From IMG/VR virus record IMGVR_UViG_2562617113_000011, positions 1 through 10,451 of that record: a DNA stretch of 10,451 nt; one strand, 5' to 3'. Of the stretch, positions 1-6,572 are shown piece after piece. The first letter of the stretch is position 1. Every line of letters starts with the position of its first letter. The notes beneath the pieces are model-generated. The model was not told where the DNA came from. It saw nothing but the letters and a program-made list of their open reading frames with translations, and did not search any database. Made by a program: the position numbers and the translations under genes. Origin of the DNA: a virus (Duplodnaviria > Heunggongvirae > Uroviricota > Caudoviricetes).

Positions 1-372
1 TTATCGCCGTAACCGCTCCGGCTTCTTCCACTGGTACGTAATTTTTTCTTTCTCCTGGTACATCTGCACGCGGCGACGGTACGACAACATCTCCAGAACT
101 CTGGTGCGTATGTTGCGTATATCCACGCCATTAAGCTCGATACCGTCACGGCGCATCACCTCAGCCATCACACGCGCGTAATTTTCAGCGGTGACTGTAT
201 CCGGCTGCGTGGCCTGTTCGTCAGCCTGCTGGCTGATTCCGGTAATACTGCGGATTATCCCGAGCGCTTCGGTCTCGGTCATGGTCATGGCCTCCATAGT
301 GATGGCGGGTCCTCCTGGTGGGGTGCCCTGCCACGGGGCGGGAGCATCGCGGAAAAAGGCTAGTTTTTGCAT
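1..372 (-). CDS. Hypothetical protein downstream of the small terminase gene (123 aa as drawn; more likely about 93 aa from an internal start at 282)
   Basis: Complete ORF whose stop codon is the first 3 nt of the window. The ATG at 372 has no convincing SD; the in-frame ATG at 282 is preceded by GGAGG with 8-nt spacing. No family recognised; a short QPDTV motif weakly recalls lambda gpFI but is insufficient to call. Confidence 0.45.
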   Translation of the reverse strand: MQKLAFFRDAPAPWQGTPPGGPAITMEAMTMTETEALGIIRSITGISQQADEQATQPDTVTAENYARVMAEVMRRDGIELNGVDIRNIRTRVLEMLSYRRRVQMYQEKEKITYQWKKPERLRR

Positions 373-491
373 TTTTATTCGTCATCACCACCAATGCAAT
401 ATATTGATATGACTTGATGTTTTATTTTTCGGTGTCGATTTCGATTGTTTTTTGTTCATCACTGACGCATAACTCCCACCAGCGCAACGCT

Positions 492-515
492 GAAAGCCAG
501 TCAGTAAACTGGCTT
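492..515 (-). other. Stem-loop (8-bp stem AAGCCAGT/ACTGGCTT, 6-nt loop) just 3' of the small terminase gene; weak U-tract
   Basis: Perfect inverted repeat seen directly in the 162-nt gap between the TerS stop (534) and the next gene. On the minus strand it is followed only by UUUCAG, so it is an attenuator or stabilising hairpin rather than a strong terminator. Confidence 0.3.
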
Positions 516-533
516 CGGTCATTGTGCACTACG

Positions 534-1076
534 TTACTTGTCTTTATCCGGCTGAAACTTATCAGGCACATTTCCGGTAGTTTCCATCAGATAATCGGAC
601 AGCATTCGCGGGATGTTTTCATCAAGTTTTGTGCATGCGTTACAGGCTCTGACAACTTCTTTTTTCAGGCCATCCAGCATGGCGGGGGTCATCTGTGGGA
701 AGCGCCTTTGCATGGTAAGCGGCAGGCTGTCCATGATAGATGAAATCTGACTCGCCAGTTTTGAAAGCGCATATATACAAAATTCCGTACTAATCACGTC
801 GCCGCGTTCGCGCTCGTTTTTAAGCTCCTGCGCCTCCGCCTGCGCTGTCAACAATCTGATCCTGACTCGCAAAAGCTCATCATTATCAATCTCGCCTTTG
901 TCGTCTGTAATCTGGTTAATTGCATTGCTAACCCGATTGTCTATTACGCTGGCAACATCATAAAACGCCTCGCGGCCTTTACGTTCAACGGGAGTCACTC
1001 CCCACTTGTCGAACGCTGTCGCACTTACACGGCAGCTTTGCGCCATGTTTTTTTTGTTCATCAGGTGCGATTTCAT
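534..1076 (-). CDS. Terminase small subunit, lambda Nu1-like (180 aa)
   Basis: The C-terminal two-thirds aligns closely to my recollection of lambda gpNu1 (e.g. AQAEAQELKN, LPLTMQRRFP, LDENIPRMLSDY); the N-terminal DNA-binding region is divergent. Start chosen at the ATG at 1076 (GGGGA SD, 5-nt spacing); alternatives are GTG 1088 and ATG 1061. Confidence 0.8.
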   Translation of the reverse strand: MKSHLMNKKNMAQSCRVSATAFDKWGVTPVERKGREAFYDVASVIDNRVSNAINQITDDKGEIDNDELLRVRIRLLTAQAEAQELKNERERGDVISTEFCIYALSKLASQISSIMDSLPLTMQRRFPQMTPAMLDGLKKEVVRACNACTKLDENIPRMLSDYLMETTGNVPDKFQPDKDK

Positions 1077-1181
1077 CAATATCCCCACTTAAGTAATGTT
1101 TCAGGTTGGTGTATTTGTTTTATCTTTCCCTTTTTATTCATAGAGATAGAGCGAACAACAAAACCACCACCAGCACCCGAA

Positions 1182-1228
1182 AAAGGCTCATAAATAGCGA
1201 AAACCCGCGCGTCTGCCGCCCCGTAACG
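1182..1228 (-). other. Lambda-like cos site (cosN-like 12-mer GGGCGGCAGACG at 1210-1221 on the minus strand, flanked by lambda-identical sequence)
   Basis: The minus strand reads CCGTTACG-GGGCGGCAGACG-CGCGGGTTTTCGCTATTTATGA. As I recall it, lambda reads GTTACG-GGGCGGCGACCT-CGCGGGTTTTCGCTATTTATGA, so the 22 nt after the 12-mer are identical and 5 of 12 overhang positions differ. It lies directly upstream of the Nu1-like gene, as in lambda. Confidence 0.6.
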
Positions 1229-1277
1229 GGTCCATATGCCGGAAAGGACCCGCCAGCCAGAGCGGGCCCTAATTTCA

Positions 1278-1622
1278 TCAACCAATCAACTTATTGCGCC
1301 CTTTCAGGGCATTACGCCTGGCGCGTTCAATCTTGAGGCATAACGCCGCATCAGGTTTTTCGGGGGTGGGAACAAGGCAATAATTTGATGCGCGCGGAAT
1401 GTTGTTAATCCACGCAACAACTTCGCTTAAATACCATGCCTTGCGGCCTTTCGTAACCTGTACGCGTTCGGGGAACTCTCCGCGAGCCTCAAGGTTTAGC
1501 AATGTGCGACGGCTAAGGGTTGTAAGCTCCACTACCTGATCCATATCGACAAGACGCTCGCTTAAGCGCATTTTATCATCGATATCTAATAGCTCTCGTA
1601 GCTGACTATCTCTTTCAATCAT
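1278..1622 (-). CDS. AlpA/excisionase-family HTH DNA-binding protein embedded in the head/packaging operon (114 aa)
   Basis: The central segment LVDMDQVVELTTLSRRTLLNLEARGEFPERVQVTKGRKAWYLSEVVAWI fits the AlpA/Vis pattern (hydrophobic-T-x-LSRsT-x(6)-G-FP ... W ... EV-x-W). ATG at 1622 lies 9 nt after the D-like stop, with GAGG overlapping that stop. Confidence 0.55.
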   Translation of the reverse strand: MIERDSQLRELLDIDDKMRLSERLVDMDQVVELTTLSRRTLLNLEARGEFPERVQVTKGRKAWYLSEVVAWINNIPRASNYCLVPTPEKPDAALCLKIERARRNALKGRNKLIG

Positions 1623-1631
1623 TCTCGTACC

Positions 1632-1973
1632 TCACACACGTGCCAGCGGCTGAACAGAAATACCTGAGCCAACAAACGCAGCAACTTTTGCTGATAGTTG
1701 TGTTACAGACTCAGGCCAGTTCAGAGCATCAACATTTAAGACGCCGGTTTTATAAACCTGAGCCTGCGTTTTTGTCGCTGTATCGATTTGTACAGCGGAA
1801 ACATAAACAGCTTTGCCTGCGCTCGTTCCATCCCATACCACCAGTGCACCAGTTACATCTTCTTGCATCAGTGGCGTAAACGCAGGGATTACCCCTTTAT
1901 TGGCTGAAAATATCCCCAGCGTAGTAACCAGTGCTTCAGTGCCAGCCATGAGTTCAGTGTAATGAGTAGCCAT
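1632..1973 (-). CDS. Head decoration protein, lambda gpD-like (113 aa)
   Basis: Size and motifs match remembered lambda gpD (PAFTPLM, VVWDGT, LNWPE, AFVGSGISV). Sits immediately downstream of the E-like gene (9-nt gap) with an AAGGGGGAG SD. Confidence 0.75.
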   Translation of the reverse strand: MATHYTELMAGTEALVTTLGIFSANKGVIPAFTPLMQEDVTGALVVWDGTSAGKAVYVSAVQIDTATKTQAQVYKTGVLNVDALNWPESVTQLSAKVAAFVGSGISVQPLARV

Positions 1974-1982
1974 TGCTCCCCC

Positions 1983-3023
1983 TTAACCAATGCGAACGGT
2001 AACAAAACGATTGATGCGGGCCGGTATTGGCTGTGGTGCAGAGTGCGTTTGTACGTACTCAATAGCCGGATCACCTGGTACGATGTAATTTTTCGGCGCA
2101 AGTTCGGCTTTAGTAAGCCCCATTCTGATTAACTCAGGATCCTGAATGCCACCGTAGGCAACGATGCCCTGTAATGATGTGTTGCCAAGCACCATCAAAT
2201 CAGGATCAAGGAAATATCTTTCAGTTCCGTCCTCGTCGGTATAACGTCCGCTATATACCACAATAGCAACATCGCCAACGTAACCCTTGAAGCTTACAGA
2301 ATCCCCAAGATTTTTCAGGGCCGTTTCAAGAACGGAATTAGATCCCCGTCGAGTATCAAGGCAATCTTTTACTGCTTTAAAGGCGCGGTATTTTTTCCAT
2401 ACGTTGCGGCCCATTACGATGATATTTGTAGTACCTTCGCTGATTTCTGCGTACTCTTCGATGTCATCGTTTGGATCAAATGTTGATAAATCTCTACCGC
2501 CCCACTCCGTACCGCCGAACTGCGTGATAATATTTTGTGGTTTTATATTCCAGTCCAGTTCATAACGTTCAATTCCATCGCCTTCAATGATATTTTTCCC
2601 CGTTGTAACCGCCTGAACAGCAAGCCACTCAATACGCGCACGAATTGCCTGCGCTTGTCTTACTAACGCTCGCTTTATTTTGAAACTGCGTGATGAATAT
2701 GCATTGAATTGTTCCGGTGATACGCCTGGTTGACGAACGGCTATTTTATTTGGGTCGATACTACTTTTTGGCTTCATATAGCCAGGACGAATTACTTTTG
2801 ATTCGTAGCCTTCATCGCGTGAGACTTTGCTACCAACCATAGGGGAACAAAATGCAGCCATCGGGATGTCTGGATCGTCAATAATATCAAGCGCAATATC
2901 CCGCGTCTCAAATGTAACGACTCGCTTAAAAAACAGGTTTATAAATAAAGAATTAATCTGCCATTGAATATCTTCGGCATTAACAACCTGTATTAACATA
3001 GCTGGTGAATATAAATCACTCAT
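1983..3023 (-). CDS. Major capsid protein, lambda gpE-like (346 aa)
   Basis: Long collinear similarity to remembered lambda gpE (NIITQFGGTEWGGRDLSTFDPNDDIEEYA, FKAVKDCLDTRRGSNSVLETA, GDVAIVVYSGRY, MVLGNT, VPGDPA); 346 aa against 341 aa for gpE; AAGAGG SD 4 nt before the ATG. Confidence 0.85.
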   Translation of the reverse strand: MSDLYSPAMLIQVVNAEDIQWQINSLFINLFFKRVVTFETRDIALDIIDDPDIPMAAFCSPMVGSKVSRDEGYESKVIRPGYMKPKSSIDPNKIAVRQPGVSPEQFNAYSSRSFKIKRALVRQAQAIRARIEWLAVQAVTTGKNIIEGDGIERYELDWNIKPQNIITQFGGTEWGGRDLSTFDPNDDIEEYAEISEGTTNIIVMGRNVWKKYRAFKAVKDCLDTRRGSNSVLETALKNLGDSVSFKGYVGDVAIVVYSGRYTDEDGTERYFLDPDLMVLGNTSLQGIVAYGGIQDPELIRMGLTKAELAPKNYIVPGDPAIEYVQTHSAPQPIPARINRFVTVRIG

Positions 3024-3207
3024 ATAACCTCTTAATACTTAGTAAAAGTGTCGCGTTAATTTTATCATCTGCCTTGTTCGGCATCTTTATGCATTGCTAT
3101 GCAATAGTGTGCAAAGTTTCAATCTTCGTTTATTTATCCGGCGTTACGTGTCATTCTGTACAGCGTTACAAGTTCAAAGACATAAATTATTCTCTTTGGT
3201 GATGAAA

Positions 3208-3234
3208 GGGTCGGAATATTCCGGCCTTTTTTTT
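3208..3234 (+). terminator. Intrinsic terminator on the plus strand (hairpin GGUCGGAAUAUUCCGGCC followed by T8)
   Basis: Palindrome CGGAATATTCCG extended by G-C and G-U pairs, then TTTTTTTT at 3227-3234. No convincing plus-strand CDS lies upstream. Confidence 0.55.
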
Positions 3235-3256
3235 GCGTGGTGTGACGGACTAAACT

Positions 3257-3281
3257 GATAAAAGCCGGATTGCTCCGGCTT
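3257..3281 (-). terminator. Intrinsic terminator ending the SSB operon (stem AAGCCGGA/TCCGGCTT, loop TTGC, then UUUUAU on the minus strand)
   Basis: Perfect 8-bp GC-rich stem located 15 nt after the SSB stop; the minus-strand read is followed by a T-run. Confidence 0.6.
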
Positions 3282-3295
3282 CTGTCACTCGTTGC

Positions 3296-3718
3296 TTAAA
3301 ACGGTATGTTATCCCCGTACGGATCATCGTTACCCGCCTGTTGTTTTGCCCTGTTCAGTGCGTCAGTAGCCTGCCCCTGCTGGCCTTTTTTGCCGCCCGG
3401 TCGCACCGTTCTCGCACTGATTACGCTGTCTGCGATAACCTGCCAGCCCTGCCGCGTTTCGCCGTTCTGGCCTGTCCACTGGCTTACCTGCATGTTACCC
3501 GCCACGCTCACCAGTTCGCCTTTGTGGTGTTTTGCCAGTGCGTCGGCCTGTCTGCCAAACGCCAGGACAGATAACCACATCGTCGCCGTTCCGTCATTTG
3601 CCTGGCTGCATGGCAGGGGAACCGCCATACTCGCCATCGCCATTTGTGTCCCTTTGCTGGTGGTCTTTAACTGCGGGTCAGCCACCAGCCGCCCGTAAGC
3701 CGCTATCTGTGCTGTCAT
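3296..3718 (-). CDS. ssb: Single-stranded DNA-binding protein (140 aa)
   Basis: OB-fold SSB pattern (GRLVADPQLK ... WLSVLAFGRQAD ... GELVSVAGNMQVSQWTGQNGETRQ), a Gly/Gln-rich linker and a C-terminal DDPYGDNIPF resembling the canonical SSB acidic tip DDDIPF. ATGA start/stop overlap with the upstream gene. Confidence 0.75.
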   Translation of the reverse strand: MTAQIAAYGRLVADPQLKTTSKGTQMAMASMAVPLPCSQANDGTATMWLSVLAFGRQADALAKHHKGELVSVAGNMQVSQWTGQNGETRQGWQVIADSVISARTVRPGGKKGQQGQATDALNRAKQQAGNDDPYGDNIPF

Positions 3719-3993
3719 GCTGTCTGCTCTCCGGTTTTAACATTGATGGTTGTCACCTGTTCCGCTTCGGCAATCTCCCGTTCTGTCAGCGTGGCAAAGT
3801 TTGCTGCCGCCGTTGTCATGAATGCGCTTATCAGGTCGGGATGTTCCTTCGCGTATCCTTCCCCCGCGTGGCGGTCTATCGTTCTGATTGCCACCTTTAA
3901 AGCGTGCTCTGTCATGTCTAACGCGCGATATTTCGGCTCTGTTCTGTCTCTGCGTTTTTTGAGTGATTTATTAAATCTCCCTGAAGTGTGCAT
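3715..3993 (-). CDS. Hypothetical protein, basic N-terminus (92 aa), translationally coupled to ssb
   Basis: ORF with a GAGGGGG SD upstream of the ATG at 3993; its stop overlaps the ssb start (ATGA). No family recognised. Confidence 0.5.
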   Translation of the reverse strand: MHTSGRFNKSLKKRRDRTEPKYRALDMTEHALKVAIRTIDRHAGEGYAKEHPDLISAFMTTAAANFATLTEREIAEAEQVTTINVKTGEQTA

Positions 3994-4040
3994 ATTTATT
4001 TTTACCCCCTCGTTTAAAAAGTTTTGAGTTGTGCCTCCCC

Positions 4041-4268
4041 TTGTCTACCTTATCTACCTTAGTGGCCCCTATGCCAGTAATGGCGCGGCTTTCAGCGGGG
4101 TAGAGTGCTTTTATCCACTATCTACTCCGTATCTACCTCCCTGTCTGATTCAGGTAAAATCAGGTAGAGAGGGTAGACAGTGGGTAGACTGTAAAAAAAG
4201 GCTGTCTACCTAACTTAATATACTGAATTAAATGTATTTTCCTTTACTCAGGTAGACAGGGTAGACAG
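4041..4268. repeat. Iteron cluster, putative origin of replication: about 9-bp GGTAGACAG/CTGTCTACC repeats in both orientations flanking an AT-rich spacer
   Basis: Direct copies at 4163-4171 (GGTAGAGAG), 4172-4180, 4183-4191 (GGTAGACTG), 4251-4259 and 4260-4268. Inverted copies at 4041-4049 and 4202-4210, with degenerate TCTACC units at 4051-4058, 4119-4127 and 4131-4137. AT-rich stretch at 4211-4250. Lies immediately 3' of the primase gene. Confidence 0.65.
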
Positions 4269-4281
4269 CAATTACAAAAAA

Positions 4282-6036
4282 TTATAAAAACGCGTCGCAC
4301 TCGTCTGTTGTTATTGCGTTAGTCTGCGTTACCCCCTTAACTTTCCGCGTAATATATTCATGTCCATAAACTTTTGCGGCAGGCTTCATAGCCTTGCCAA
4401 AGTCATTTACGTTTAGCGGTTTGCTCCTGCCTGCGTATGCCATAAACGCCAGATAGACGCGGTAAAGGCTGTTCCTGGTCGTGTACTTCACTGAATCACC
4501 ACCGCCCCCCATCATCAGGCCGCGCGCTTCCTCCAGAAAATTCAGGAACTGGCAAAACTCAATAACCGGATCCGTCTGTTGCTTTATTGCCAGTGCTTCA
4601 TCACCGTCACGCTGTTCCAGTAGTAAAGCCCGTGCCTTCTCAGGGTCGGTAAAGTTCGCCAGCAATCGGCGGATAATAACGGGGATTTCAGCCGCAATCT
4701 TTTCCGGTAGCTCCCTGTCTTTTTCGGCATCACTGACGATATTGTCGAAACGGAAAATCACGCGACGACGTGCCACACCTCCGGCCCGTTCGGTGAATAT
4801 CATCGGGTTGTTGTTGGTCGCCAGCACCACCGCCCTGATTACCGCCGTGAAACGCTTTTCATATTTCGGGTTAATTTCCACGGGGTCGCCGCCTGTGATT
4901 TTCTTGATGCCCGTTCCTTCGCCTGTATATTTCGGCTGGTCAGCCAGGACGATAAGACGACTCCCGACAACCTGCGCACGTCCACCAGCATCATCAAGCG
5001 ATGTCATTTCAGCGCTTACCGTGTTCTGTTTCCCTGCCAGAAGGCTGGCTATGTGTGTGAATGTACTTTTACCGCTCCCGCCGTCTCCGGTGGCCTCAAT
5101 AAACATCTGCCAGTCGTACCGGTTCGCCATAATCATGTACAGCGCGGCACATATACGCATCATCTTGCGCGGGTCTTTTCCGGCTGCGTGCTCAAGCCAT
5201 TTATGAAAGTTTGGCGCGTTATCGCGGATGTTTTCCCCTGGTGCTGGTAGCGTGTACTCAATGCCGTTGTGCGTGGTGATCCAGTTCTCCGGCGTGTGCG
5301 GGGAAAATTCCCCCGTTTTCAGGTCAAGCGCACCATTGGCGAACGGCAGCAAATCGCCGGACGGCTCGCCCATTGGTTCGGCAATAACTTTTAACGCTTC
5401 CACGGCGTTATTGATTACGCGCTTGCTGAAAGTGGCCCTGTGCTCTGAATAGATCGCCACCATTTCGCGGCTAAGTTCCATTGTGCTGACCGGACACCAT
5501 ACCCCGCCGCGCCATACGTGAACGATTTCACTTTCAGGATGTACGCAAACGCCATCAAAGCGATCGGCAAGCAGCTGCGCGCGCTCACTGTCCGCCATCT
5601 GCGAAAGTTGCGCCTTTTGCTTTACCGGAAGCTCAATGACCAGACCATCAGAAAGATTCTGGCGCTCACGGGCCAGATATTCGCGCCAGTTCTCCACCTT
5701 CTGACCGTGCATACCGTCAGGGTAAAAATTTGCATCCTGTACGCCTGCCGCCGCCAGCTTCTGACCAATTGCCTTTATCATTACAGGCGCAAGATATCCG
5801 GCCCTGTATATGCGTGCTGATTTTCGGCCTTCCGGCACAATTTGCAGCTTATCCAGTTCGGATAACTGCTGCTCCCCAAGCCACACAGGAGGCTCATTAT
5901 CTCCGGCCATACGCGCATCATGTTCCTGCCATTGTTTCGCGTGTGCCCAGGCATCACTACCCGCAAAAATAATGACTTCTGTTCCTTTGTGTTTTATGCC
6001 GCGTGACTGCTGTTTTACGTTCGGTGCCAGTTTCAT
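4282..6036 (-). CDS. P4-family primase/helicase replication initiator (584 aa; Walker A GDGGSGKST, SF3-type NTPase)
   Basis: P-loop GDGGSGKST and a following hydrophobic Walker-B-like stretch RLIVLADQ; overall resemblance to the helicase/C-terminal part of P4 alpha and PICI pri-rep proteins; N-terminal region possibly toprim-like. ATGA overlap with the upstream gene. Confidence 0.85.
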   Translation of the reverse strand: MKLAPNVKQQSRGIKHKGTEVIIFAGSDAWAHAKQWQEHDARMAGDNEPPVWLGEQQLSELDKLQIVPEGRKSARIYRAGYLAPVMIKAIGQKLAAAGVQDANFYPDGMHGQKVENWREYLARERQNLSDGLVIELPVKQKAQLSQMADSERAQLLADRFDGVCVHPESEIVHVWRGGVWCPVSTMELSREMVAIYSEHRATFSKRVINNAVEALKVIAEPMGEPSGDLLPFANGALDLKTGEFSPHTPENWITTHNGIEYTLPAPGENIRDNAPNFHKWLEHAAGKDPRKMMRICAALYMIMANRYDWQMFIEATGDGGSGKSTFTHIASLLAGKQNTVSAEMTSLDDAGGRAQVVGSRLIVLADQPKYTGEGTGIKKITGGDPVEINPKYEKRFTAVIRAVVLATNNNPMIFTERAGGVARRRVIFRFDNIVSDAEKDRELPEKIAAEIPVIIRRLLANFTDPEKARALLLEQRDGDEALAIKQQTDPVIEFCQFLNFLEEARGLMMGGGGDSVKYTTRNSLYRVYLAFMAYAGRSKPLNVNDFGKAMKPAAKVYGHEYITRKVKGVTQTNAITTDECDAFL

Positions 6037-6332
6037 TTTTTACCCCTGAATCCGTTAATCATGGTTTTCAGCTTCTGGATGTTTGCCCGTGCCCTGGCGT
6101 TGCTGGTGGGCACGTTATGCGGCGCGGTCTGTACCAGAGAAAAATCACGGGCAAACTGATAAACAGGCATCACGCAATCATATTCGTAACCTTCACGGCG
6201 GTAAGTTACGCGCCGTTCCTCCACGCCCTTAATCATTACCGTGCCGCCGTACTGGTCGCGGTAAATATCACCGCGCATGAATTTAGTGCGAGTTTTGCCG
6301 CTGGCAGTTAAGCCAGGATATTTAAGTTTCAT
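6033..6332 (-). CDS. Hypothetical protein immediately upstream of and coupled to the primase (99 aa)
   Basis: GGAGA SD 9 nt before the ATG at 6332; stop overlaps the primase ATG. Its position matches that of P4 Cnr-type replication modulators, but this is positional inference only. Confidence 0.5.
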   Translation of the reverse strand: MKLKYPGLTASGKTRTKFMRGDIYRDQYGGTVMIKGVEERRVTYRREGYEYDCVMPVYQFARDFSLVQTAPHNVPTSNARARANIQKLKTMINGFRGKK

Positions 6333-6337
6333 TATTT

Positions 6338-6571
6338 TTATTCTCCGGTGTGCTGTTCTTTATATCTGTCGTGCAATAGGTCTATTTCTTGTAGTTCCAT
6401 TATTACAGGCTCAAGAAGCGTTATTAATGCCGTGACAATTCGGGATTTTTGTTTGTCGCGTTCATTATCGCCAAGCGTTTCAAGCCATAAGCGCAATATT
6501 TCCAACATGTTTTCACTGTGAGAAAGTGCAAGAAATGCGCGGTCTATTGTTTCGTGGTAAATATCACGCAT
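6338..6571 (-). CDS. Hypothetical small helical protein (77 aa)
   Basis: GGGGA SD 5 nt before the ATG at 6571; 1-nt gap after the upstream gene's stop. No family recognised. Confidence 0.5.
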   Translation of the reverse strand: MRDIYHETIDRAFLALSHSENMLEILRLWLETLGDNERDKQKSRIVTALITLLEPVIMELQEIDLLHDRYKEQHTGE

Positions 6572-6572
6572 A

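Noticed and set aside
1076-1336. Small ORFs (69 aa minus, 76 aa plus) across the cos region
   Set aside because: The region is explained by the cos site and the intergenic leader of the TerS gene; the ORFs lack SDs and overlap the lambda-identical noncoding cos flank.
2287-2565. 92-aa plus-strand ORF
   Set aside because: Antisense within the E-like capsid gene, which has strong collinear similarity to gpE on the minus strand.
3131-3200. Ogr/Delta-type late-promoter dyad (TGT-N12-ACA) upstream of the capsid operon
   Set aside because: I searched the capsid upstream region by eye and found no TGT-N12-ACA with correct spacing, so a P2/P4-type activator site is not claimed.
3306-3900. Plus-strand ORFs of 130, 77 and 122 aa
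   Set aside because: Antisense to ssb and its upstream gene; Cys/Pro/Leu-rich composition typical of shadow frames.
4041-4268. Possible CRISPR array
   Set aside because: The repeats are 9 bp, occur in both orientations with irregular short spacing and no spacer-like unique segments; this is iteron/origin architecture, not CRISPR.
4481-5206. 241-aa plus-strand ORF and other plus-strand ORFs at 5053-6311
   Set aside because: They lie antisense inside the primase/helicase gene, are Ser/Arg/Pro-rich with no SD or motifs, and are typical shadow ORFs.
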